Source of the DNA: a virus | Lineage: Duplodnaviria; Caudoviricetes | Strand: one strand, 5' to 3' | Virus record (IMG/VR): IMGVR_UViG_3300021400_000095 | DNA: 64,000 nucleotides | In this document: piece after piece, positions 38,523-48,476 of the stretch | How the letters are laid out: every line of letters begins with the position of its first letter | How positions within the stretch are numbered: the first letter of the stretch is position 1 | Translations under genes and position numbers: made by a program | The notes under the pieces: model-generated | The model's input: the letters and a program-made list of their open reading frames with translations, nothing else | Told to the model about the DNA's origin: nothing | The model's database searches: none

Positions 38523-39413
38523 TTATTCTTCTTTATATAAATTATTCATTCTATTCATCATGTCATTATATGATTTTGTTAGTTCATTGTCTTTAACATT
38601 ACTAACATCATCATGTGTAACAGGTTCATCTGTTTGTTTTGGAATAGAATTATTTTCTTGTTTTTCACCTGTTTCTTCACCATTATTTATTTCTTGTTTT
38701 GTAACTGGTTTTGCATCAGGTGCAGTCATTAAGTTATTATTAATATCAGTTTTTTGTTCAGTATTGTCAATAGGATTTTCTTTTTTCCCAAGCATATTTT
38801 GAACTTTTTGTCCAAGATTACTATTTTTAATTCTTGAAATTAAATTGTTAATAATTTGTTTTGCAGAATATTTACTATTTGTTTGTGTTTTAGGGGTTTC
38901 CTCAACATCAATATTTTTAACATCATCTTTTGTTATTGGTTTATCATCAATCTCAATTTCTTTTTCATTACTGAAATCATTATTTTTCAATTTATTTTGT
39001 TTATGAATATATCTTGCATTACCAATTGGAGCAATGTTATAGATAACTGACATTGAGTCATCACCTGTTTCTGATGAACCATTTGACATAAAACCTTCAA
39101 GAGAATCACCATCAAATTTATTTTTCATATCAATGTTCCAAGATTTAATTCTGTCAACCCTGAAATATTTCCATTTTGGAATACCTCTTTTTGTATCACC
39201 ACTTGGTTGGAAAGCCCTGACAACAGGATTATTTGCTGTTGTTAAACCATATGCAACAGGGTATATAGTTCTTGGTCCTTTCCCTTTACCACCTTTTTGG
39301 TCATCATATACAATAGAAACCGGGTGCATCCCACTGATTGCTTTATTAATCTTTGTATTGGATACACTCTCTAATAAAATTGTTTCTTTATATATTTGTT
39401 CAAATAAATCCAT
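38523..39413 (-). CDS. WYL-like domain protein
   Basis: I.Y...R.I.P.AYG...VRAFQ...WKYFRVDRI.SW. Confidence 0.6.
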   Translation of the reverse strand: MDLFEQIYKETILLESVSNTKINKAISGMHPVSIVYDDQKGGKGKGPRTIYPVAYGLTTANNPVVRAFQPSGDTKRGIPKWKYFRVDRIKSWNIDMKNKFDGDSLEGFMSNGSSETGDDSMSVIYNIAPIGNARYIHKQNKLKNNDFSNEKEIEIDDKPITKDDVKNIDVEETPKTQTNSKYSAKQIINNLISRIKNSNLGQKVQNMLGKKENPIDNTEQKTDINNNLMTAPDAKPVTKQEINNGEETGEKQENNSIPKQTDEPVTHDDVSNVKDNELTKSYNDMMNRMNNLYKEE

Positions 39414-39799
39414 TACTTAACAATAATTTGACCATCTTCAACATTTGCTGTTGTGTCAACTGAATTTACACCATACTCATTTTCTTCATTGTAAATGCTG
39501 ATGTTTTTTAAAAAGGTTCTACCACCAACACCATTTCTACCATTAATATCATATGAACCACCAATATTCTCAGCCTTTGTATCAAAGTTTGAATAATCCA
39601 TCATAGATTTTGGTAAATCACAATTTGGTACACTATGGGTATGACCACCATGACCTGAACCTTTACCTTGTGGGTCACCATCACTTAATGCATCTTTGTG
39701 GGTTTGTGAATATTCATCATATCTTGTATAATCATTTCTTACAAGTTCTTCCTGTCTTCTTTCAAGACCAGTTTTTTCAAGACATGTTTGTTTTGCCAT
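39413..39799 (-). CDS. Hypothetical (likely virion) protein
   Basis: 128 aa; H.DALSDGD..GKG motif; late operon. Confidence 0.55.
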   Translation of the reverse strand: MAKQTCLEKTGLERRQEELVRNDYTRYDEYSQTHKDALSDGDPQGKGSGHGGHTHSVPNCDLPKSMMDYSNFDTKAENIGGSYDINGRNGVGGRTFLKNISIYNEENEYGVNSVDTTANVEDGQIIVK

Positions 39800-39807
39800 A
39801 ATTTTAT

Positions 39808-40950
39808 TTATTTTTTATAATCATCTTTTATTTTATCTCTTAATTGTTGTTTTGCATCATCAGACCATTTTGAATAATATGGATTGTTAAATGCTAAATC
39901 CTGTGCATCTTTTGACCTCCACCTATAAAAATCATTATGTTTCCCTTTAAATGGTTTATTTTTATCTCTTTCCTGTTTCTTATCAAATAAATTTTTAAAT
40001 GTGTTTGGTTCATTCATTCTATCTTTATAATAATTAGCATTTTTAACTAATAAAAGAACAAATTTCCCATCACCAAGTTTAACATAATCAATATCATCAC
40101 CAGGAACAAAACCATATTGTTTATTTTGCCTTATATCTTTTCTTACTCTTTCCAAATCACTATAATCAACAACACCAATAACATTTTCATCTGATATGTT
40201 ATGTAAATCAGCATTTGTCATAGGATAATTCTTATGTAGCCAAGGTGTTTGCTTTTCAATACCACCATGCTTTTGTAAAATGTTTAAAAGTTTTTTACTG
40301 TTAATTGACTTTCCTTCCTTAACAATACTTTCATATGTTATAACTTGTTTAGTAGGATTTAAGTCATTCTTACTTCCACCTGATTTTTGATAAACATTTT
40401 GTTCCCCCCTATTAAATTGTGACCTCTTAATGTTAGCATCATTTGCCATTGCATTGTTGTATTGGGTCTCAATTTGTTTTAAATTTGGATTGTTTTTCTC
40501 CATTGTTTTCATTGTGGAAATACCTTGTTGCTTAATTGTTGGGTCATTGCTTTGTGCTTTCTTCTTTGCAGCACCATATCTCCACTTTAATGTTGATGCA
40601 TTTGTATTTGAAACCCTGTTTTTATTATCACCATATGTTCTATTAACTAAGTTCTGATTATCTTCAAATATCTTATTCTCCCAATCAAATTTCTTTGTCT
40701 CAACATATATTGGTGTTTGTACACTAATGTTTCTGTTTAATCCATAAAAACTACTATCCCTTCTCATCTGTTTTGCAAGTTTATCAGTTGTTAATGGCTT
40801 TGCATCACCATTTTCAGTCTTGTCACCAGTGTAAACATAATTTGCCCCATCAAATTCATTGAAATCTGACCCAACATTATCTAAATATGCTGTGTTACAC
40901 CCAACAATCTCATCCAACTGCTTCTGTGTTAAAATAACCCTTTTTGACAT
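39808..40950 (-). CDS. Leader-bearing hypothetical protein
   Basis: MSKRVILTQKQLDEIV; preceded by GATATTTATA. Confidence 0.6.
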   Translation of the reverse strand: MSKRVILTQKQLDEIVGCNTAYLDNVGSDFNEFDGANYVYTGDKTENGDAKPLTTDKLAKQMRRDSSFYGLNRNISVQTPIYVETKKFDWENKIFEDNQNLVNRTYGDNKNRVSNTNASTLKWRYGAAKKKAQSNDPTIKQQGISTMKTMEKNNPNLKQIETQYNNAMANDANIKRSQFNRGEQNVYQKSGGSKNDLNPTKQVITYESIVKEGKSINSKKLLNILQKHGGIEKQTPWLHKNYPMTNADLHNISDENVIGVVDYSDLERVRKDIRQNKQYGFVPGDDIDYVKLGDGKFVLLLVKNANYYKDRMNEPNTFKNLFDKKQERDKNKPFKGKHNDFYRWRSKDAQDLAFNNPYYSKWSDDAKQQLRDKIKDDYKK

Positions 40951-41055
40951 ATATCATAGTAATTTATATATAAATATCTTATTAATTTAATTTCTATCTA
41001 AAAAATATTGACAATAATATCCATAAACATATTTTTTAAGAAAAATAAGTTTTTT

Positions 41056-42291
41056 ATGGATAGAAAAATTAAAGTTTTAGTTGTTCCATCAGACAGATTT
41101 GGTTGTGGGTTATGGAGGTCAGTTAAGCCACATACTAAATTAAATGAATTATATGGAGATGAATTTGATATTGATATTGAATATGAACCAAATTGGTTGG
41201 ATTTACCATCATTTGATAAATATGACATTATTCACTTCCATAAAGGTTTATATCAAGATATGGAACCTTTTAGAAATGCCCTTAAATATTTTAAGGAACA
41301 TAATATTGTAACAATTATGGACCTTGATGACCATTGGGAAGTTGGCCAATTCCACCCAATGTTCCAAACTGCAAGAAAAATGAAAATGGCAGAAAAAATT
41401 ACAGGAAATTTTGGTCTTGTTGATTATGTAACAACAACAACTGAAATTTTTGCTAATAAAATTAAGAAGTGGAACAAAAATGTTTTTGTTTTCCCAAATG
41501 CAATTGACCCAAATGATTCACAATTTTCAACAGAAAAAGAACAATCTGATAAAATTAGATTTGGATTTGTAATGGGTTCTTCACATAAAAGAGATATGGA
41601 ACAATTTTTTGGAACTGTTTCAACACTTCCTGAAGATGTCCTTAATAAAATACAAATTGTTCTTTGTGGATATGACCTTAGAGGACAAACATATGTCCAA
41701 AATCCTGATGGTACTATAACAACAAGACCAATTAAACCAACAGAATCTGTTTGGTTTGAATATGAAAGAAATGTTACTAATGACTTTAAAATTGTGTCAG
41801 ATGAATACAGGAATTTCTTATTTAATTTCTTGCCAAATGCACAATATCCTAAAGTAAATGAAGAACCATATAGAAGAGAATGGACCAAGGATGTAAATAG
41901 TTTTGGAACACATTACAAATATATTGATGTGTTGATTGCACCATTGGACACAAATCAATTCAATGAAGTTAAATCAGAATTAAAATTTGTTGAAGCAGGT
42001 TTTACTAATACTGCATTGATTTGCTCAGATTTTGGTCCATATCACTTGGTTGGAAAAAGTATATTTGAAAGAGGTGGTGGAATTAATGAAAATGGAAATT
42101 GTGTTCTTATTGACCCTGCAAAGAAACATAAAGCATGGTCTAAAGCAATTACTAGATTAACAAGAAATCCTGAACTAATTGATAAACTTAAATATAACCT
42201 TCATGAATTTGTTAAAGATGAATATAATCTTGATAATGTAACAAAAAGAAGAGCAGAATGGTATAAATCAATAATTAAAAAAGAGGACTAA
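41056..42291 (+). CDS. Glycosyltransferase (GT-B/GT4-like)
   Basis: GCG.WR..PH, DLDD.W, PNAID, DVLIAPL..FN.VKSELKFVEAG; start reset to MDRKIK. Confidence 0.8.
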   Translation: MDRKIKVLVVPSDRFGCGLWRSVKPHTKLNELYGDEFDIDIEYEPNWLDLPSFDKYDIIHFHKGLYQDMEPFRNALKYFKEHNIVTIMDLDDHWEVGQFHPMFQTARKMKMAEKITGNFGLVDYVTTTTEIFANKIKKWNKNVFVFPNAIDPNDSQFSTEKEQSDKIRFGFVMGSSHKRDMEQFFGTVSTLPEDVLNKIQIVLCGYDLRGQTYVQNPDGTITTRPIKPTESVWFEYERNVTNDFKIVSDEYRNFLFNFLPNAQYPKVNEEPYRREWTKDVNSFGTHYKYIDVLIAPLDTNQFNEVKSELKFVEAGFTNTALICSDFGPYHLVGKSIFERGGGINENGNCVLIDPAKKHKAWSKAITRLTRNPELIDKLKYNLHEFVKDEYNLDNVTKRRAEWYKSIIKKED

Positions 42292-42307
42292 TGTTAGTCC
42301 TCTTTTT
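42277..42307. terminator. Bidirectional terminator
   Basis: AAAAGAGGACTA-ATGT-TAGTCCTCTTTT. Confidence 0.8.
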
Positions 42308-42330
42308 ATTTAAACAAAATATTTAAATTT

Positions 42331-43512
42331 TTAAATATCAACACTTGTCCAACCTGATGGAATACCATTAGTACCTGTTGTCCATGATGTCATTGATGGG
42401 TCTTTTACAAATGTACCTGATGATGCCACATTATAAACCCAATTACTTGTACAATCAGATGCTGAAATATCAGTTGCTAAACATTTAATATAATTTAAAT
42501 TAGTACAATCTAAAAACATACTATCATAACAACATTCTGCTAATGTGGTTGCTGGTAATTCTGGTGCAGTTGTTAAATTTGTACAACCATCAAACATTTG
42601 TAGATAACAATACCTTGCTAATGTAGTAGCTGGTAATTCTGGTGCTGTTGTTAAACTACTACAACCTTGGAACATACTTCCATAACACCATCCTGCTAAA
42701 GTAGTTGCAGGTAATTCTGATACAGTTGTTAAATTACTACAATCAGCAAACATATTTGCATAACAACATTCTGCTAATGTAGTAGCTGGTAATTCTGGTG
42801 CAGTTGTTAAACTATTACAGCCTCCAAACATATATTGATAACAATAATCTGCTAAAGTAGTTGCAGGTAATTCTGGTACAATTGTTAAACTACTACAACT
42901 ATAGAACATATATGAATAACAATAATCTGCTAAAGTAATAGTAGGTAATATTAATTCACTTGCATCTATCAAACCTGTACAGTGACTAAACATATATATA
43001 AAAATAGCTTCTGCACCATTATCAAAACTATTTACTGTTGAGAAGTTAGTACTATCAATTAATGACATTATATTTCCCTTAATTTTAAATGTTGCACTAG
43101 AAGACTGAAAACAACCTTTACTCTGATAAGTATCACTAATACCATATGTTGGATTGTCCCCTCTAAATTGAATAACATCACCACTAACTACAGGTATAAA
43201 TGTGTCACCAGATTGAGAATAGCCATTAAAATTTCCAGCTGTTATTGAAGTCCATTCACCTCCATTCTTACTATATTCAATTGTGGCTCTGCCTTCTTCT
43301 GTTGGCAAACCTTCACTACAACACCAATATATATTACCATCACCCTGTATTTCAAATGTTAAAGGTGTTTCTTCCAATGGAATTTCTTTATTTTTATTAT
43401 AATGAACATCTCTATTTTGCATGGTTAAAGACACCCATGGCTCATGATATTCATCACCATTATATGCAACATCAAATGTATTTGCACTTTCAAAATAATG
43501 CATGTATCTCAT
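42331..43512 (-). CDS. BspA-type leucine-rich-repeat protein (putative adhesin/receptor-binding)
   Basis: Six 26-aa repeats PELPATTLAxxCYxxMFxxCxxLTTA; late motif upstream. Confidence 0.75.
   Translation of the reverse strand: MRYMHYFESANTFDVAYNGDEYHEPWVSLTMQNRDVHYNKNKEIPLEETPLTFEIQGDGNIYWCCSEGLPTEEGRATIEYSKNGGEWTSITAGNFNGYSQSGDTFIPVVSGDVIQFRGDNPTYGISDTYQSKGCFQSSSATFKIKGNIMSLIDSTNFSTVNSFDNGAEAIFIYMFSHCTGLIDASELILPTITLADYCYSYMFYSCSSLTIVPELPATTLADYCYQYMFGGCNSLTTAPELPATTLAECCYANMFADCSNLTTVSELPATTLAGWCYGSMFQGCSSLTTAPELPATTLARYCYLQMFDGCTNLTTAPELPATTLAECCYDSMFLDCTNLNYIKCLATDISASDCTSNWVYNVASSGTFVKDPSMTSWTTGTNGIPSGWTSVDI
42490..42958 (-). repeat. Tandem 78 bp coding repeats (about 6 units)
   Basis: Recurrent ggtaattctgg / gctaa..tag and gttaaa..a..aca blocks at 78 bp period. 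Confidence 0.85.
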
Positions 43513-43541
43513 AATATATAAAATTGTTTCTTATAAATAGT

Positions 43542-43572
43542 TTTGAAAAGTTCATTTTTATTGGTATATTTG
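43542..43572 (+). promoter_or_regulatory. Bacteroidota-type sigma promoter (nucleotide metabolism operon)
   Basis: TTTG-N19-TATATTTG. Confidence 0.7.
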
Positions 43573-43589
43573 TAAAAAAATAAAATAAT

Positions 43590-44177
43590 ATGAAGATAGC
43601 AATTAACAGTGAAAAATTAGAAAAAGAGTTTACTACTTTTTGGATTGGCATGCAATTCTGTGGTCTTTCAAATTATTATAACAATGAAGAATATGATGAG
43701 TTACAAAAGCAACTATCAACAGCAACATGTGCATTGAATGAAGATACAGGTTGTTCATATCCTGGTTCACTTCTTGTACACATTAATCTTGCAACAGCAT
43801 TAGCACAAAGAATTGCAAAGATGATTAGTGGTACATTTACCATTGATGATGAAAGTCTTGTCAAGGTTTGTTTACTTATGCATTTATCCAAAATTGAAAT
43901 GTATGAACCTAATGACAATCAATGGGAGGTTGAAAAGAGAGGTTTGAATTACAAATTTGCTGAGTTGTCAGGAAAACTTAAATTTGGTGAAAGAAGCATT
44001 CTCAATGCAATGAACAAGGGTATCAAACTAACTGCTGAGGAATTTGAAGCCATGAAGTGTCTTGATAGTGAAAAAGAAGGAAACAGCAAATATGGTGATT
44101 GTATTATGTCAACCATTGTAAGACAGGCAAATGAACTTGCATATGCAATTGAAAAGGAAAAATATAACAAACTATGA
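43590..44177 (+). CDS. HD-domain-like protein, probably degenerate
   Basis: YPGSLLVH..., LLMHLSK in place of HD.GK. Confidence 0.5.
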   Translation: MKIAINSEKLEKEFTTFWIGMQFCGLSNYYNNEEYDELQKQLSTATCALNEDTGCSYPGSLLVHINLATALAQRIAKMISGTFTIDDESLVKVCLLMHLSKIEMYEPNDNQWEVEKRGLNYKFAELSGKLKFGERSILNAMNKGIKLTAEEFEAMKCLDSEKEGNSKYGDCIMSTIVRQANELAYAIEKEKYNKL

Positions 44178-44677
44178 AAATAAAAATTAAAAAATTAAAT
44201 GAAAATGCAAAAACTCCTGTTAAATCAAAAACAGGAGATTTTTGCTATGATGTTTGGGCCACTTCATGTGAAGAGGTTGCTCCAAATGTTTATAAATATG
44301 GAATTGGCCTTGCATTTGAAATTGTAAGGGATGATGAAATAATTGAGCAATATAATAAAGATTCTTGTTCATCTGGAAAGAATATTGATTTAAAAAACTC
44401 ACCACTTTGTTTGGACATTGATTTCAGACCAAGAAGTTCTGTTTGGAAAACAGGAATGGTATTATGTAATTGTGAAGGAACAATTGATGAAGGATATAGA
44501 AATCAGGTATTTGCATTTTTTTATCATGTAATGCCAAATATGTCAAAGTATGAGGTTGGTGATAGAATTGGTCAAATAAAGATTGGTTTTACAACACCTA
44601 TTGAATTTGAAATTGTTGATGAACTTGATATGGATACAGAAAGGGGTCTTAATGGTTTTGGTTCAACTGGAAAATAA
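44174..44677 (+). CDS. dut: dUTPase (trimeric)
   Basis: GDFCYDV, RPRSS, GTIDEGYRN, GDRIGQ, RGLNGFGSTG. Confidence 0.9.
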   Translation: MKIKIKKLNENAKTPVKSKTGDFCYDVWATSCEEVAPNVYKYGIGLAFEIVRDDEIIEQYNKDSCSSGKNIDLKNSPLCLDIDFRPRSSVWKTGMVLCNCEGTIDEGYRNQVFAFFYHVMPNMSKYEVGDRIGQIKIGFTTPIEFEIVDELDMDTERGLNGFGSTGK

Positions 44678-44701
44678 ATAATATGTAAAAAAAATTAAAT
44701 A

Positions 44702-45697
44702 ATGAATTTATTTGATTTCTACAGAACAAAGCATCAGCAATTAATAGGCTATAATCCACTTACAACAATATGTTCAATTGATTTTTCAATAAAATATGTT
44801 GAAGATGCTGATTTTAAAAAAAGAGGTGAAGAACTTAACAAATCTATTGATACTAAAGAGTTTAATAATCTTGCCATTGTTGTAAGAAGAATGATAAGTG
44901 TTCCTAGTAATGGTAATAAGATTATTGTTAAGCCACTTATCAGTGAATATATTATTAATTTTGAAGAAGGAAAACCATTAACAGATTATACTGATGAAAT
45001 ATTGAAATTAATTCCAAAAGGTTGTTGTATTACAGCATATAATGGGTATAGAATGGATTTCATTGCATTAGAAAGAAAATTCAAAATTAATTTGAAGGAT
45101 TATATTCTGGTTGATACAATGAGGATTGAAAAACATTTTGACAATGATTGTTTAAGAGAAATGATGTGTATTGACATAAATAAATATCCTAAGACAAAAC
45201 TTGGTTCTGATGGAAAGATGCATATTGAAAGTCTTCTTAAATCATATATAAATTTGGAAATGTATGAATCACCATTTGTAAAAAAGCACATGTCATCCAA
45301 TGATGCTTTGGTTAATCTTGATTTATTAATGACACAATTTTACATGTATGGTTTTACTTGCTTTGAAGAAATGCAAGAAATGACAGAGCATTTCATGGAT
45401 ATGCAAGATAAGGATGATTACATGTTATATCATATAAAAAACTATGATATTTTCTATACTAAAATAAATAGGGCAGAATATCTGATGAACAAAAAATTTG
45501 TCTTTAATTTTGGTAGAATTGAAGGTCTTACTGTAGAAGGTCTTGATAATGACAGATTAATACATATGTTGAAAAAATACATGATTCCATTTAAAAGGGA
45601 TGGTGTTGTAGTAAATAAACATGACCCATATCTTTATGAAATTTTATATGTATTAAGGTTAGAATATTTAAGAAGGATTAAAAATAAATTGATTTAA
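44702..45697 (+). CDS. DEDD 3'-5' exonuclease-like protein, divergent
   Basis: AYNGYRMDF, LVDT, H..SNDA; ExoI Glu missing. Confidence 0.45.
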   Translation: MNLFDFYRTKHQQLIGYNPLTTICSIDFSIKYVEDADFKKRGEELNKSIDTKEFNNLAIVVRRMISVPSNGNKIIVKPLISEYIINFEEGKPLTDYTDEILKLIPKGCCITAYNGYRMDFIALERKFKINLKDYILVDTMRIEKHFDNDCLREMMCIDINKYPKTKLGSDGKMHIESLLKSYINLEMYESPFVKKHMSSNDALVNLDLLMTQFYMYGFTCFEEMQEMTEHFMDMQDKDDYMLYHIKNYDIFYTKINRAEYLMNKKFVFNFGRIEGLTVEGLDNDRLIHMLKKYMIPFKRDGVVVNKHDPYLYEILYVLRLEYLRRIKNKLI

Positions 45698-45768
45698 CAA
45701 ATAAATGATTTTGATTTGGCATGATTTTTGTTAATGAAATAAGTATAAAATTAATAAATTTTTAAAGA

Positions 45769-46920
45769 ATGAAGACAAGTAAACTTACAAAAATTACTTA
45801 TGGACTTGATGACATTGGAATTAGGCAATCACCAATTTGTTATACTGAACATAGAAGTGATGTTAATCCTTATGTAACTGTTTGTGGAAGAGAAATGTAC
45901 CCTATATTTGCTTCACCAATGGAAAGTGTTATTGATGAAAAAAACTATAAATTTTTTATAGAAAATAAGATAACACCTGTTATTCCTAGGTCTATTATGC
46001 AAAGGTGTACAATAGAAGATAGATTAAAATTATCAGAAGAAACATTTGTTAGTTTTTCAGAAAAAGAAGTATATGATATTTTTGAAAATGGCCTGTTTGA
46101 TTTATCTGATAATGTTCAATACATTTGTATTGATATGGCACATGGAACATTAAATTCTTTGTATGAAATTTGCAAAAAAATCAAAAAAAAGTATGGGGAA
46201 AAGGTTATTTTAATGACAGGAAATGTAAACAATGAATTGGCATATTCATTTTATTGTGATGCAGGTATTTCATATATGAGACTTTGTATTGGTTCTGGAA
46301 GTAGGTGTACAACAGCTTGTGCTGTAGGTGTATACACAGGTGCTGCTACATTAATTGATGATATTAATATTGAAAGAAGTAAATGGATTGATGCACATCC
46401 AAATGAAAAAGAATATACTAAAATAATTGTTGATGGTGGAATTGATTGGTATGACAAAATTCAGAAAAGTCTTGCATTAGGAGGTGATTTTGTTATGATT
46501 GGTAAATTGTTTGCTGAATGTGAAGAAGCATGTGGAGAAATAGGTTATGCAGAATCAGAAGAAGACTTTTCCAATGGCTCATACCTAACAAGAGAACAGT
46601 ATGAAAATTATAAAAAATATACTGAAGAAGATTTAAACTTCCTTGGTAAAACAAGAAAACTTTTGATTCCTTATAGAATGTATAGGGGTATGTCACATAG
46701 ATATTCTCAAAAATTAATAGGAGGTGATGGGTCTAAGGTTAGTGAAGGAATTTGTAAGCCAGTTAAAGTAAAATATTCATTGAAACATTGGATAACAAAT
46801 ATGGACTCTTATCTCAGAAGTTGTATGACATATACTGATAGTAAAACAATTGAAGAATTAAAAGAAAACACAGAACTGTCAATACTAGCAAATAATGGAA
46901 AATTAGCATATGCTAAATAA
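45769..46920 (+). CDS. GMP reductase / IMP dehydrogenase family protein
   Basis: ASPMESV, IDMAHG, GNV, IGSGSRCTT, VDGGI, LALGGDFVMIG, YRGMS, EG. Confidence 0.85.
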   Translation: MKTSKLTKITYGLDDIGIRQSPICYTEHRSDVNPYVTVCGREMYPIFASPMESVIDEKNYKFFIENKITPVIPRSIMQRCTIEDRLKLSEETFVSFSEKEVYDIFENGLFDLSDNVQYICIDMAHGTLNSLYEICKKIKKKYGEKVILMTGNVNNELAYSFYCDAGISYMRLCIGSGSRCTTACAVGVYTGAATLIDDINIERSKWIDAHPNEKEYTKIIVDGGIDWYDKIQKSLALGGDFVMIGKLFAECEEACGEIGYAESEEDFSNGSYLTREQYENYKKYTEEDLNFLGKTRKLLIPYRMYRGMSHRYSQKLIGGDGSKVSEGICKPVKVKYSLKHWITNMDSYLRSCMTYTDSKTIEELKENTELSILANNGKLAYAK

Positions 46921-46925
46921 AAAAG

Positions 46926-46959
46926 AAATGGTAGACAAATTTTAGTCTACCATTTTTTT
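46926..46959 (+). terminator. Terminator after GMP reductase-like gene
   Basis: AAATGGTAGAC...GTCTACCATTT followed by a T tract. Confidence 0.75.
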
Positions 46960-47124
46960 AATTTATCTAAATGTTTTTTATTTGGGAATAATATATCTGT
47001 TTACACCAATAATTCTATAAAATGTTGAAGTCCAGTACAAAAATATGGATAAATCTGTGAGATTCACCCATATGTTCTGTAAGTCTATTAGCAAGGTTCT
47101 GTATGAAGATGTAAAGATGGTGGC

Positions 47125-47448
47125 TTAGCCTTCATAACTTAAACCTGGTGCTCCATCTCCATATGTATCAAGCCAAATCTTGTTTATTACCTTTTGTCCT
47201 TCTTTCCATTCATACTCATAATCGTCAATGATTCTTGTTGCTTCTGCATTTAATGCATTACATAATCTTGTTAGAACAATATCCCTGAATGCTTCTTCTT
47301 CTGTAGGCTCACCCCATCTGTCATAAACACTTCCCCCATCTTCAAAATCTGCATTAAAATCATAATCCTCTTTCAGTACTTTCTTCACACTCTCAGCAAC
47401 AATCTGCCTGAGAGTGTTTTCATTTAGTTTTATTATATTCTTTTTCAT
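47125..47448 (-). CDS. Leader-bearing small protein
   Basis: MKKNIIKLNENTLRQIVAESVKKVLKE; start reset to ATG 47448. Confidence 0.65.
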   Translation of the reverse strand: MKKNIIKLNENTLRQIVAESVKKVLKEDYDFNADFEDGGSVYDRWGEPTEEEAFRDIVLTRLCNALNAEATRIIDDYEYEWKEGQKVINKIWLDTYGDGAPGLSYEG

Positions 47449-47665
47449 ATTTATATTCTTTATTTCATTAGCATTATTGTTCTTTTGATATTTTTTGGCT
47501 ACCTTGTGATTGATAGTAATTATCTGCTTTTTCAACAGTGGTATTACCTGCTGAATTTCATATCTCATCACCAACTATTGATACAACTATAAATAGTATG
47601 AAAAATAAAAACTCACATGGTAGTGAGTTTTTTAGTGTAAATAAGTATATTATTCCCTTTTATTT

Positions 47666-48151
47666 TTAGTAGTTCATTTGTCCTTGTTGTGGGTTCATTG
47701 CATTCTGTGGGCTATATTGTCTATTATTGATATAACCTGTTTGTTGTCTTTGGTTAATTCTTTTACCAGCAGCATCCCATTTACTTTGCATGCCTTGTAC
47801 ATCACCCATTTTTGCTTTTATTGCTGCAATTTGTTGGTTAATTTGTTGATTTACTTGATTAACAGCAGCATTTACTCTTTGTTCTCTTGATGCTTCAATG
47901 GCATTAATTTGTTGTTGTAATTTCTCATTATCTGCTTGCATGCCTTGCATTTGTGCTTGGTATGCATTCATTTTTGCATTATCAACAACATTACCTACTG
48001 CATTACCAACACCCTTTGCAACACCTTTGATTCCTCTACCAAGATTTTGGAAAAACCCTTCATCCATATCAGATTCTTTAAGAACCTCAATAACAGATTC
48101 TCTAACAATATTTTTAAGTTCTGATTCAGTCAATCTAATTTTATTAGCCAT
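47666..48151 (-). CDS. Leader-bearing Gln-rich coiled-coil protein
   Basis: MANKIRLTESELKNIVRESVIEVLKE..MDEG. Confidence 0.7.
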   Translation of the reverse strand: MANKIRLTESELKNIVRESVIEVLKESDMDEGFFQNLGRGIKGVAKGVGNAVGNVVDNAKMNAYQAQMQGMQADNEKLQQQINAIEASREQRVNAAVNQVNQQINQQIAAIKAKMGDVQGMQSKWDAAGKRINQRQQTGYINNRQYSPQNAMNPQQGQMNY

Positions 48152-48239
48152 AATAGATATATTTTTTATAATAAATATTATTTAACATAGAAAAAAACTT
48201 TACATATTTAATTATATTATTATTTTTTAAATAAAAATT

Positions 48240-48476
48240 ATGACTAAAATTAGTGATTTAACAATAGGTGAACTAATAAATTATTCAAAAGCATGTTCAC
48301 TTGTAATAGACAAACATATTAAAGGTTCAGATTATTATAGGTCAGTTCCAGAAGCAATGTTATCTGATGCTGATTTGGAAGCATATAGAACAATATCTGA
48401 AAAGTACAAAAAATATAAAGTTATAGAAGACAAAATTGTTTCTGAGATTAATAAAAGGTTAATGGATTTATGTTAA
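48240..48476 (+). CDS. Hypothetical protein
   Basis: First ORF of a + strand operon. Confidence 0.55.
   Translation: MTKISDLTIGELINYSKACSLVIDKHIKGSDYYRSVPEAMLSDADLEAYRTISEKYKKYKVIEDKIVSEINKRLMDLC

Noticed and set aside
42490-42958. CRISPR array or DGR template/variable repeat pair
   Set aside because: Repeats are in-frame 78 bp coding units; no reverse transcriptase or non-coding template copy in the window.
47021-47128. Possible transposase C-terminal remnant (NVEVQYK...KMVA*)
   Set aside because: Only about 35 codons, no start codon, no inverted repeats or catalytic motif.
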